A stretch of DNA of 63,830 nucleotides, counting the filler, from Reclinomonas americana ATCC 50394 (taxonomy: Eukaryota), in the NCBI GenBank assembly GCA_048213135.1. It is 5 parts of 2 records of this genome, joined end to end, with 100 filler letters (N's around TTAATTAATTAA, not from the genome) between each part and the next. Parts side by side here need not be neighbours in the genome. Positions count along the whole stretch, not along the records: positions 49,875 to 62,045 come from PS015067.1; positions 62,146 to 63,830 come from PS015070.1; 3 more parts are not named here. The stretch is one strand, 5' to 3'. The notes beneath the pieces were generated by a model. The model had not been told where the DNA came from and made no database searches. It worked only from the letters and a program-made list of their open reading frames with translations. Both the position numbers and the translations under genes were made by a program. Of this stretch, positions 52,733 through 63,829 are shown piece after piece (positions within the stretch are counted from its first letter, which is position 1; each line of letters starts with the position of its first letter).

Positions 52733-55357
52733 TCACTTGGGCATCTCCAGGGACACCACGTGTGCACCACTGGCTGCCGCCTGCTGCAGTAATTGTTGCC
52801 TGGTCTCCTGGTGTCGTGCCTGCGTGGCCTCGAATGATCGCATGAGTTCGTCAAAATCAATAGCCGAGCCGTGTGCGGAGGCACTCGCAGTCGACGCCGA
52901 GCTACTGGGACAACCGCACACGCCGTGAGTATCAATGCCCTCCTCCATCTCTCCCAGCGCGCACACCGCAGCAGACGCAACGGTGGTGTCGCCACGGTGT
53001 GCATTTGTAGAATGGAGAGGGTGGAGACGCTCTTCAGGCGGTTCTTCAGCGTGTCGTAGGCGGAGCTCTGCGGCAGCAGCATGAGGATGCCGTACAGGGT
53101 CTTGAGCAAATGTGGACACTTGGCCGGCTCGAGCAGCTGCAGTCTCAAATCTGCACACGAGAGTGAGGACGGAAACAAGCAGTACGACGGGAGTGAAGAC
53201 GCACAGGAGAAAATCGGCGACTCCAGCAACTGCACCAGCTTGTCGACTTGTACCAGGAAACTGACTGTGATTTCGCACTCGGCAAATCGTGAAATGAGAT
53301 TGCTGGCGTGCTCGTACGACTGCGACAGGAGGCAGAGGCTGAGCGTGGCCACTGGGTTGTTGCACCACGACGGGTACAATGTGGTAAACAGCTTGCGACC
53401 CTGCATACATCGGCCTCGTTAGCAACTCGACGCCAACCACACTACTGCTCTTTCTCTCTCTTTACCTCCTCATCCACTGGTGCTCGTCGAATGGCGTTGC
53501 GCAGTTGACTCAGCTCTTGCGCGGTCAGCAGAATCATATTCAGTGTTTGCACCATGGTGCTGGCAAACTCAATGTCCTGCCCCATGTGCACATGAGAGTG
53601 AGTGGGTCGGCAAGTCATCCTTGCATCCGCACACAACAAAAAAGCGCACCTTTTCTCGCTCCAAATTCTGTGCCAGCGCCGAGTAGATCGAAGGTGGTGA
53701 GAGCATCATGCTCAGCGTGCGAATGATGAAGCCGGCCTTGTTCAGCAGCTCCTGGTCGGTGGAGAACAGCTCCAGCAGCGAGGTCATGAAGCGCTGGAAG
53801 ATATCCTCGTTGGCCGAGAAGCGGGCCAGCACTTCCAAGTCCAGCGAAATGACCTTGTCTGACCGATCCGACAGCGTCTTTAGCAGCAGCGGGAACAGCT
53901 CATCAATGTGCGCCAGCGTGGCATCGGGATCCTTGCGGAACAGCATGATGATCCAGTTGAGGGCGGCCACGCGTGTTGGCACAAAGTGCTTCACCAGTTC
54001 GACGGCCACCACTTGCAGAATGGCGGCCAGATCAAAGGAACTCGAGGCGCCATTCACCAGCGTCTGAATGCTGATGTTGATGCGCGATGCAATCTGCCGG
54101 ATATCTGCATCGCGCGATGTGTGAGTCCACGATCCACAGGGTGACAAAAAGAACAAGTGAACGCAACTCTCTTGCCTGTGTGAGATGCACGGCAACACGG
54201 CACCCAACACGGCGGCCGCGTGGGGCAGCAGCACCTGACCGGCCTCGGCGAGGAATTCGTGCGCCCAGTTGAGGGCGGTGAGGCACGTGAAGTCGTCCTT
54301 GCTGCCTGAATGCACAATCACAATGTCGACCAGGGCCGGATAATTGGTGGTCTCCTGCTTCATCTCCCGCAGGAATTCGCCGAGAGTGGTGTCGGCTTGC
54401 GTGCGGATCTCCTCGTGTGGGTCGCTGAGCATGCGGAACAGACCGTCGAGGAACTCGGGCAGGTACGGCACCAGCGACGTGTCGGGGATCGAATTCAGCA
54501 CCGAGATCCACGACACGAGAAACTGGCGCACAAACGCATTCGTGGCCATGATGCGATCGCGCAGCAGCTGCACAAAGGTGCGAGTGTCGAACTTTTCGCT
54601 CTCCGCCACAATGTCCTTGATGAGGCGATCCAGCAGCTCACACCCGGATTTCACTTGTGCATCGGGATCGGCGCTCAGCTGCGGCGTTGGGAGGAAGGTG
54701 GTGAGCGACGGGAGGAGCAAGAGAAGGGGAGAGAGGACTCAACTCTGCAGAGGCCATCAAAGATCTCGGCAAAGTAGCGCAGCATGCTTCCACGAGCGAC
54801 CTTGGCCACATTGTACAGTGCCTCGGATGCATGAAATCGCACTTTGCTGTCCTGATCGCCCAGGCACTGCAAAATCGGCGGCACCAGTGTATCCAGGAAC
54901 TCGTGCACATCCTGCACACACACGCACACGGGGTGAGCGTGAGTGGTCAGAGAAGAGTGGCCATGTTTGGCAATGCTCGTTCGCTCTCTCTCCTGCCCCC
55001 TTTGCTCTCTCTCCCTCTGCACACCTGCAAGAGTGCCACGGCGACAGCAGCCAGCGCGACCAGACCGCCCTTGCGCGAGTTTGGTTGGACCGAGTTGACA
55101 AACTCTTTGGTGAGTCCCGAGGTCAGCTCGGGAATGCGTCGTTGTTGCTCGTTTCGTTGTCGGATCTGAGTGGATGATGGGGAGAAGGAGCGCAGTGAGT
55201 GGGGTGCGCACAGAGAGAGAGAGAGAGAGACAGACAGAGGAACACGGCAGAGGGTCACCTGTCTGACGAGTTGATCGACCTCGAGAGCGCCCTGCTTGCG
55301 CTTCTCGGGGATCTTTTCCGAGAGGTTTTTGATGGCGTTGGCGCTCAACAGCTCCAT
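52733..55357 (-). CDS. VAC14: PIKfyve complex scaffold VAC14; 9 exons
   Basis: [78 protein letters not shown]. Confidence 0.96.
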
Positions 55358-55894
55358 GGTGCGGGTTGCAACGCGCAGACTCTCAGTCAGGTGCAAGGAT
55401 CTTCCGAGCAGGACATGGTGATCATGCATTGATCACCTCCTCCTCCTCCTCGTCGCTGCAAAGGCTGCAGCACGTTGTACAAGATGAAAGGACAGCTCAT
55501 GTCTCCGGTGGCCAGCATTGCAGCCGCCCTTGCGCGAGCGCATGCATTGTGCATGCCATGTCGACGTCCTGCTCCTCGTTTCTCGCAGGAACAGCTCCCG
55601 TCCGCTGCTGCCAGTCGATGCCACATCTCGAGGTAGATAGTGCATACACGGTCTGTATCATCGCTTGATGCAACACTGCCGCGCATGCTTCATGATCGAC
55701 GTCGCGACGTCGACGTTGGAATGCAGATCTCCCTCTCCATCACCGTCTCCTTCGCAGCCGACGCGTCGATAGGAAGCAAACACAGCGCACTGCACGCCTC
55801 TCCCACAATCGTCGCACAATCGCGATCGGAGCTTCGTTTTTGCCGCGGAGTTCGTCGACGTAACGGTCAACTTTTTTTCGTCTTCTTCGATCAG

Positions 55895-58433
55895 ATGTGG
55901 CAGTGGGCAAGCCGGCGGCTGCAAGCCGGCTCGCTCACTGGCATCCGCCTTGCTGCATCACTGCTGGGCATCGGCGGCCTCGCGACAGGCGCTGTGCTGC
56001 TGAGCGCACCCGACAACTCGGCGCCGCCACCACCAGAGACCGCAATCAACAACAATGGTGGTGGTGGTGGAAATGGTCAAGTGGCGCCCGTGGACGTGAC
56101 CAAGACTGTGCCGCGGAGACTCGAGCAGATCCATCGTTTGCACAGACGCCAGTTCGACATGCTCATCATTGGCGCTGGTGTGTGTGTCTCATCCCTCTTC
56201 CGTCTCTTTGCATGCTCTCACATGTGCGCAATCAGGCTGTGTGGGTGCTGGTGCGGCCGTGGACGCCACTGCACGTGGTCTGTCGGTGGCACTCATTGAG
56301 ATGGATGACTTTGCGTCGGGCACCAGCAGTCGCAGCACCAAGATGATGCAGTTGCGCTTCCTCATCTCACAAATCATCATCGATTAAGTCGGTCCTTGAC
56401 GGATTGTTGTCGCTCAGTGGCGGAGTGCGCTACCTGGAAAAAGCCATCAAGCAGCTGGATCGTGCGCAGTTCAACCTGGTGATGGAGGCGCTGCATGAGC
56501 GCTCCACGTTCTTCAAGATCGCACCGCACCTGTCGCACCAGCTGGCTATTCTCACCCCGCTCTACTCGTGGTGGGAGGTGCCGTACGTGTGGTTTGGCTT
56601 GAAGGTGAGCAGAGTCACCGTGCCACTCTGCATATCTCTCTCTACATCTTTCCTCACCTTCCTTTTGCCAGATGTACGACTGGATCTCTGGCACGCACCG
56701 ACTGCGACCGTCGCGTTTCGTGTCGCGATCCAAGGTGCTGCGCAAGAATCCCATGATCCGTGCCGAGGGGCTGTGTGGTGGCGTGCTGTACTACGACGGC
56801 AGCTTTGACGATGCTCGAATGAATGTGACGCTGGCCGTCACAGCGGCCTCGCTGGGCGCCACAGTGGTCAACCACATGAAGGCGGTGCAGATTCTGCACG
56901 ACGAGAACGGTCGTGTGTGTGGTGCGCGTGTGCGTGATCAGCTGACGGGCGAGGAGTTCAATGTGGCGGCCAAGTCGGTCGTCAACTGCACCGGCGCCAT
57001 GAGCGATCAGGTCAAGCAGCTCGACAATCCCCAGGCCAAGACCTCCACCATGGCGTCGTCGGGTGTGCACCTGGTGTTCGACACACTGTTCTTTGAGTCG
57101 ACGGAGAACCCGTATGATGTTGCGCGCACGCACCATCGTGACTCTCTGCATGAGTTTGAATGCTCATCCCTTTCGTTGCGCAGCTGCCCTCGGTGGGCTT
57201 GCTCATCCCGAAGACCAAGGACGGCCGAGTTGCGTCGCCCGCTCTCTCCGTTCCCTCCTGCAGCGCGCCAACTCACGATCCTGTGTCTCCAATCGCACAA
57301 TAACAGGTCCTGTTCATGCTTCCGTGGCACGGTGCGTTGCTGGCTGGCACCACCGATAATCCAGCCCGAGTAGAGGCGAACCCCACGCCTTCCGAGGAGG
57401 ACATTCAGTACCTCCTCGAGTATCTCAGTCAGTACTTCAATGTCGAGTTCAAGCGCGAAATGGTGTCGGCGGCCTGGGCCGGCATTCGGCCACTGGCAGT
57501 GGTCAGTTCTCTTTTCATGAAAGACTAGTGCGACGGCCCTTTCTCACTGTCTCTCCCTCTCCGCACAGGACCCGAATGTTTCGCAGGATGCCGGCTCGGG
57601 CACGGCGGCCGTGTCGCGTGAGCATCTAATCACCGTCTCGAGCGCCGGCCTGGTGAGCATCCAGGGCGGCAAGTGGACCACGTACCGCACGATGGCGGCC
57701 GAGGTCGTCGGCAAGGCCATTGAGGTGTGCGGCCTCAAGCCGCCACACGCCGACGGCAAGACGCAGGATCTAGTGCTACTCGGCGGCCACACATTCCCTC
57801 GCGACAATCCTCGCTATTTCGCCAAAATCCTCCGCGTGCGACATGCAGTAGACCGAGACCGTGCGTGCCAGAGAAGAGAGAACTCACTTTGCCTTTTTTC
57901 CTTGCTGACAAAACTCTGGCGCAGTCTCGTTCTACTTGACCAACAAGTACGGGGATTTGTCGACTCAGGTGCTGCGCTACGACCGCTCGTTTGTGGAGCA
58001 CAGCATGGAGGAACTGCACCGGAGGCAGAAGCGACCGGGGTCTGCGCGCAAGTGGCGTCAGCCAGTGGTGTACAAGCGACTGCATCCGTCGTACCCGTTC
58101 CTGGTGTGCGAAATCGACTTTACGGTGGAGCACGAGTACGCTCGCACACTGGTGGACGTCGTGGTCAATCGACTGCGTGTGGTCAGTTGTTTCCCGCTGC
58201 TCCCCCCTCTTTTTCCCAATAGTGACTGAGTTTGTTCTCTTTGCAATGTGCAGCCCTTCTTCAACGACCACCTGGCGCACATGATCGCGCCCCGTGTGGC
58301 CGATCGCATGGCGCACTTGTTGGCTTGGTCCGACGAGGAGCGCGCTCGCCAGCTGGACGACTGCCACCAGTACATTTCCAAAATGTCGGGCCGGCCTGTG
58401 CCTCCCATGCCGCCGACGTACCAGTCGAATTAG
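55895..58433 (+). CDS. GPD2: Mitochondrial FAD-dependent glycerol-3-phosphate dehydrogenase; 9 exons
   Basis: [62 protein letters not shown]. Confidence 0.95.
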
Positions 58434-58740
58434 TAGACGCATAACCTAACCTCGCTGTTTTGGTTGCAAGAAAAATATATACTGCTTGCTGCAAACAACG
58501 GGGGATGGGGGTGCATAAATGCCGAGTTCGTGTGTACGTATCAGCAATCGTGATCATCGATAGCTGCCATTCACTCTTGCTCTCCTCCATCAACACTGTA
58601 GGGCCCGAAGGCGACTGTGGTGGTGAATGAAGCGACGAGTCCCGTGACGGACGTATGACGACCGTCGGACGGAGCAAACAGAAAAGTTTTGTTCGGTCTC
58701 NNNNNNNNNNNNNNNNNNNNCGTTGATCTGTCAAATGACA

Positions 58741-59479
58741 TCACTGATGAAGACGATGCGCGCGCGCCCACCCGAAAACTTTATCCTGCGCCACCCTGAA
58801 AACGACTGAAACTCTAACAACCAGCCCTGCTACAAACACACACACACACAAAAGCACACACACAGCGCGCGCGCAGGCAGGATTCCTCACGAGTGCGAGA
58901 AACAGACATCCCTTTCTCCTCCCTCCTCGACAAGCGCACACCAGCGCCGTGTGTGTGTGGGTGTGCATGTACATGTGTGTGCGTGCACTCACCGACTTCG
59001 TAGCGAATCAAACCACCAGCAAACTGCACTGGAGGAGCCGTGAGAGGTCCCGCGGGGGCTGGCTCTGCGGCCGCCACGCTGCCCACGAGGCTGCCCGCCA
59101 CGTGTACGTCAGGAGCGGCAGGTGGCGGGTTCATAGACGTCACCGGAGACGAGGCGTGCGCAGAGGATGGACGCGAACGGCGACCGTAGTGGTGGTGGTG
59201 AGCGTGAGCCTGTGAGTGTGCCTCACTGCCTGTCGAGTCTGTGGCGCCAATGTTGACGAGGTAGCGAGCTGAGCGGTTGTTGTTGCCTGGAGCCCTGGAG
59301 GCGGCCTCTTGTGGCGCCGCCATGTCTGCCAGCTCGACAGTGGTCGGCGCCGGCGCCAGCAAGAGCCGCGGCATGGCCATGATGCGGCCGGCAACAGGTG
59401 AGCTGAGTGTGTAGCCGCCATCAGCTGCTCCGCCGGTGGCAGCCGCGTTGGCAACGGCAGCAGAGGGCGACGAGGTCAT
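58741..59479 (-). CDS. Hypothetical Ala/Pro-rich protein
   Basis: 221-aa low-complexity ORF with a GTGAGT donor near 58992; bounded by small gaps. Confidence 0.35.
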
Positions 59480-59526
59480 GCGTTTTNNNNNNNNNNNNNN
59501 NNNNNNNNNNNNNNNNCATCAGTGTG

Positions 59527-61074
59527 ATGATGCGCTGCGCTCCCATCGACGAGGCTCCTTTTCCTGTTTGTTGACTGGCTCTCTCTCTCGCTCTCTCTCT
59601 CTCTTTGTGTACACGCACAGATCCGGCCACTGTGGCCGCCTCGGCTGTTGACCCCAATTCCTGGGCCGCCCTCCATCCCACCTGGGCCGAGTTTGTGTCT
59701 CCCTCGTGTTGGCGCGCTGCACTGGTACGTGAACGTGTGTACACGCACGCGCGCATGGAATTTATGGGCCTAAAACTCTAAACTCTTCTCGCTGTATTTG
59801 GAAATCACGCAGAGTGAGTTTGTCGGCATGATGATGTACGTCTTCACGTCGATGGCGTCCATCGTGTCGGCCGTGGTCTACGGTTTCAAGGTGGGTGTGC
59901 GCGTCGTCCACCACTGCCACAAGAGCATGCGTGATGACAGAGAGAGTGTGTGTGTGCATGCGCGCAGCCGGCCGCGCCCATTATCGGAGTCATGCATGCC
60001 ATCTTCCTGACGCTGTACATTTTCGCTGTGGCGCCGGCCTCTGGCGCTCACCTCAACACGCCCATCACGCTGGCCACAGTCGGCACCGGCCTCTGCTCCA
60101 TCCCTCGCGGCATTCTCTACCTCATCGCGCAGACAGCTGGCGCCGTCGTCGGCGGTCTCATGCTGCGTGTGTTTGTGTCCACGGACGTGCAGAACCTCAC
60201 GCACCTCGGCGCTTGTGCGGTGGGCGACATGCCGTACGCCACGGCGCTGCTATTCGAGACCTTCTTCACCTTCATCTACCTGTATTTGTCGTTTGGATTG
60301 GCCCTCGATCCGCGGCAGGGCAAGATCTTTGGGCCTGTCGTGGCGCCGGTGCTCGTCGGTGCCACGCTCGGCTTTATCATTTTCGTGTCTGGCGGTCTCG
60401 CCTCGGATCGCGGCTACGGTGGCGCGGGACTGAACTCGGCCCGCTGTCTCGGAACAATGGTTGGCGGCGCCGTGTACAAGGGCTGGTGGATCCACTGGGT
60501 GGGCGATGGTGCGTACAACGTGTTGCTGTTGTTACAGGAGGAAACGAGGAGCGCTCACTGGCAGGGATCACCCTCCACAGTATTCGCCTGCGTGCTCTTC
60601 CTCGGTCTGTACAAGCTCGTGCCCTTCTACCACGACCGCAAGTACAAGAAGAAGAAGAACGAAGACGCCGATGGCGACATGCTGGACAAGGATGTCGCCG
60701 ACCTCGGCTCGCTGTCGGGCGAGAACTCAAACGACGACGAGGACCGCGGCAGCAGCGCGGGATCCTCGTCCGGTCGCCGGCGCATGGCACTGCCCCGCAA
60801 GGCACCCATGTGGTTCAAGCGCATGATGGCCGTCGCCAAGTCTGCCTCGCAGGCATCCATGTCGGCCTCCAAGGCCTCCATGCACGCGGCGACAGCGGCA
60901 GCTGGAGGTGCACTCGGGCAGCAAACAAGAAGTGGCCACGCCTCGCGATCGTCAGGCGCCAGCACACCACGCGGCATGCACATGCACACCCGCCCCACCA
61001 ACACGCCGTCGTCGCCAGGCACGGTGGATGAGTTGGCCTTGGACTCGGACGAGCGCCTGAACGAGGTACTGTAA
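59527..61074 (+). CDS. Aquaporin (MIP), XIP-like, with long disordered C-tail; start uncertain
   Basis: WRAAL|SEFVG, ASGAHLNTPITLA, YLIAQTAGA, FGLALDPRQ, GYGGAGLNSARCLG, WIHWVG. Confidence 0.9.
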
Positions 61075-61250
61075 TGTAAATAATTGTTGTTTTCCAAGCT
61101 TGAAACAGCCAGCGACGAGAAGCAGTGTTTCCCGCGAATGCAAAAGGTTCCGAACAAATCGAACGCGAGAAGTATTCCCACACTCAGCGATTCGTGCATT
61201 GCACTCACGCCTCATCATCATCGTACACAGACACCTCGCTCTCCCTTCCT

Positions 61251-61707
61251 TCAAGTGGAGTTCTGGAACTCGTTGGCCTACGCATCATGACGTGAGAAAG
61301 AAAACAAGACAAAACACGAACACACGCACTCCAGACGCAACGCTCTCGTAGCCGGAGACAAAGCCCTCAGCGTACCTGGTGTGGCACAACAACAGCAAGC
61401 GAGCACGAGGGAGAGACAAAGAGCGTGAGTGCGCGGGCAATCTCACGCCAACAACAAAACACACACACGCAACTGCTGGCCCACGCCGCTCGGCACCTGG
61501 AAGGGCTGTCCACCCTCCGCTGCCACACCACACAAACACGCATAAGAACAGACACACACATGGAGGAGAAGAGCGAGAGAGAGAGACAAACCTGCATACG
61601 AGCCGGCCATGTCGCCCGCCTGCACAGCGTGTGAGGAGGACACAGGGCGGCATAAGAACGACGGGCGCGCATACCTGGTACTCGCTGTTCATGCCAATGT
61701 CGTCCAT
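61251..61707 (-). CDS. Very small multi-exon acidic Gly-rich hypothetical protein (~55-60 aa)
   Basis: MDDIGMNSEYQ|AGDMAGSYA|AEGGQPFQVPSGVGQ|QYAEGFVSGYES..|ANEFQNST* with frame-consistent introns. Confidence 0.45.
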
Positions 61708-61812
61708 AGTGCCTTGTCACGGAGGAAACAATGAAAAGTGCGTGAAAACAGGTGAAAATTCACGTTTGTCGACCGTTACTCTGAAGACTTGATAAAGAGA
61801 GACAGAGAGAAC

Positions 61813-61999
61813 ATGGCAGCGGCCACCTCACAAGCGGCCAAGAACACAATCACACTGCGTGGATCCACTGAGATTGTCACCGAGTTCTTTGGTTCGCTCA
61901 CTGCCATTCATGATGTTGTTGTTGTTGTCACCACTCATGCATGTCTCTCCTCTCTCTCTCTTTCTTTACGTGCGTGTGTGCAGGTTACAGCATCAACAG
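61813..61999 (+). CDS. MAD2: Spindle checkpoint HORMA protein MAD2, exons 1-2 (3' lost in gap)
   Basis: ITLRGSTEIVTEFFG|YSIN. Confidence 0.88.
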
Positions 62000-62264
62000 G
62001 TGTGCATTCTATGCGTCTTGTGTGAGTGCAAGCGTGTGTGTTGACNNNNNNNNNNNNNNNNNNNNNNNNNNNNNNNNNNNNNNNNNNNNTTAATTAATTA
62101 ANNNNNNNNNNNNNNNNNNNNNNNNNNNNNNNNNNNNNNNNNNNNCTCCCTCGTCCCTCTCCCTCTCCCTCTCCCTTTTCCCTCTCCTTCTCCCCTCTCC
62201 CCCTCTCCCCTCTCCCCCCTCTCCCTCTCCCTCCCTCCACTCACTCCCTTTCCCCCCCACGTAG

Positions 62265-62717
62265 GCCCGCTCCCTCGGCTACCCCACCGACTGCGTCTTC
62301 CGCTCATTCTGCATCACCGGCGTGGACCCGTTCCCACAACTGCTGCTCGCCCCCGCGCTGGCCATTCCGCAGGCGCTGGACGACGCCGGCCTCACCATTG
62401 ACGACATTGATGTGTTTGAGATCCACGAGGCCTTTGCGGCGCAAGTGCTGAGCACCATTGAGGTGCTGAAGTCGGAGGAGTTTTGCCGCAAGCGCCTCGG
62501 TCGCTCCAAGCCCGTCGGTACGATTCCGCTCTCCAAGGTCAACCCGCACGGCTCGTCGATTGCCGTCGGCCATCCGTTTGCGGCCACGGGCGGGCGACTG
62601 GTGACGGCGGCCGTCAACGAGCTGCGCCGCACCGGCAAGCGTTTTGCGCTGCTCAGCATCTGTGCGGCGGGAGGTCTCGGCGGAGTGGCCATTATTGAGA
62701 GGAGGGGAACAGCGTGA
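62265..62717 (+). CDS. HADHB: 3-ketoacyl-CoA thiolase (trifunctional-enzyme beta/FadI type), last exon
   Basis: VDPFPQLLLAP, FEIHEAFAAQV, GSSIAVGHPFAATGGR, CAAGG. Confidence 0.88.
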   Translation, partial: ARSLGYPTDCVFRSFCITGVDPFPQLLLAPALAIPQALDDAGLTIDDIDVFEIHEAFAAQVLSTIEVLKSEEFCRKRLGRSKPVGTIPLSKVNPHGSSIAVGHPFAATGGRLVTAAVNELRRTGKRFALLSICAAGGLGGVAIIERRGTA

Positions 62718-63640
62718 GGGGGTGTGGTTGGATAGGAAGTGGGGAGTGGAAGAGGAGAGGCGGAAAAGAAAATGAAGGAGAGAATTGAGTTTTTATGACG
62801 ATGGGGTTTGGTGAAGCATGATGACAATGGAGTGAGCCACATCATGCTGCGCAGATACTGGAGGACAGCGGAGCACCAAACAGCAATGGCGAGCACGGGT
62901 TGATTGCAGGAGTTGGCCAGCAGATTGTAGCAGGACTCGGGGTGCAGCAGGATGCCACGATGGGCGGCGGCCATCAGTTCGCGCAGTGCTCGGATCGAGA
63001 GGCCGACGACATCAAGGCGACGACTCCACCGCTGACAGCGCTGCCGCAAGATGGCCTCCAGCAGGAACGACTCGAATGCGGCGCCACGCAATGACGAACG
63101 CATGCGCTTCAGCAGGCGCAGTGCGGCGGCCTCCTTCGCGTGTGGTCTCCACTGTGTCGTGAACGTCCACTCGGATCCGTCAGCCGCTGACGGAATCAAG
63201 TAGACGTCGTTGCCCATGTCGACAGCAGGCACCAAGTCGCACGACAGCGTCAGCGCGGCGTCAGGCAGTGGCAGCCGCACGACCACAGCCGGGTAGTCCC
63301 ACACCGCACCGCCATCCAGGTGAACAAACGTGTCACAGATGCGCTGCACAATGCCGCCGAGACCAACTCTGGCCACCTGCTCGCCCGACACAAGCACCAG
63401 CACATCCAAGTCGGCCGCGCGACTGACCACAGTGCGCTTGGCGCGACTGCCGGCGAGAACAACAGGAAGCGCGAGTTGACGAGCGAGTGAGGAAACGAGC
63501 ACGCCAACACTCTCATCGTCTCTGTCGCACGCTCCCAGCGCCAGCATCGACCTTGTGTAAAACTCAACAATTATAGAGAGTGAGCGATCAAACGGATGGA
63601 AACTGTCCTCCGAGGCGGGCTGTGAGAGCTGTGCATGCAT
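62279..63640 (-). CDS. CD-NTase/SMODS/OAS-like pol-beta nucleotidyltransferase, intronless (domain ~63547-62835)
   Basis: LAGSRAKRT.....DLDVLV, SCDLVPA, YLIP....W..T, LRLLK, SFLLE, LHP...NL. Confidence 0.75.
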   Translation of the reverse strand: MHAQLSQPASEDSFHPFDRSLSIIVEFYTRSMLALGACDRDDESVGVLVSSLARQLALPVVLAGSRAKRTVVSRAADLDVLVLVSGEQVARVGLGGIVQRICDTFVHLDGGAVWDYPAVVVRLPLPDAALTLSCDLVPAVDMGNDVYLIPSAADGSEWTFTTQWRPHAKEAAALRLLKRMRSSLRGAAFESFLLEAILRQRCQRWSRRLDVVGLSIRALRELMAAAHRGILLHPESCYNLLANSCNQPVLAIAVWCSAVLQYLRSMMWLTPLSSCFTKPHRHKNSILSFIFFSASPLPLPTSYPTTPPHAVPLLSIMATPPRPPAAQMLSSAKRLPVRRSSLTAAVTSRPPVAANGWPTAIDEPCGLTLESGIVPTGLERPRRLRQNSSDFSTSMVLSTCAAKASWISNTSMSSMVRPASSSACGMASAGASSSCGNGSTPVMQNERKTQSVG

Positions 63641-63652
63641 GCATGGGCTGGT

Positions 63653-63829
63653 TCACTTCTTATCGTTAGCGTCGTCGGAGAGCGCAATCCGCCCGACATC
63701 AATCAGCGCCGCCGCCAGGCTTCCGACGGCGCCCGCGAGCACCGCGCGACCCGGCGCCACTGTCAAGTACATGGCGGCGGCGGCGACCGGAAAGGCGACA
63801 GAGCGCGCTGTGATGGCCTGTCCTCCGGC
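63653..63829 (-). CDS. 3' end of a probable membrane protein, truncated by window edge
   Basis: Open frame AGGQAITARSVAFPVAAAAMYLTVAPGRAVLAGAVGSLAAALIDVGRIALSDDANDKK*. Confidence 0.45.
   Translation of the reverse strand, partial: AGGQAITARSVAFPVAAAAMYLTVAPGRAVLAGAVGSLAAALIDVGRIALSDDANDKK

Noticed and set aside
28975-63640. Patatin plus NTase plus MAD2 (HORMA) as a eukaryotic CBASS operon
   Set aside because: The patatin is >30 kb away, intron-containing and catalytically degenerate. The HORMA gene looks like ordinary MAD2 and is separated from the NTase by a gap and a thiolase.
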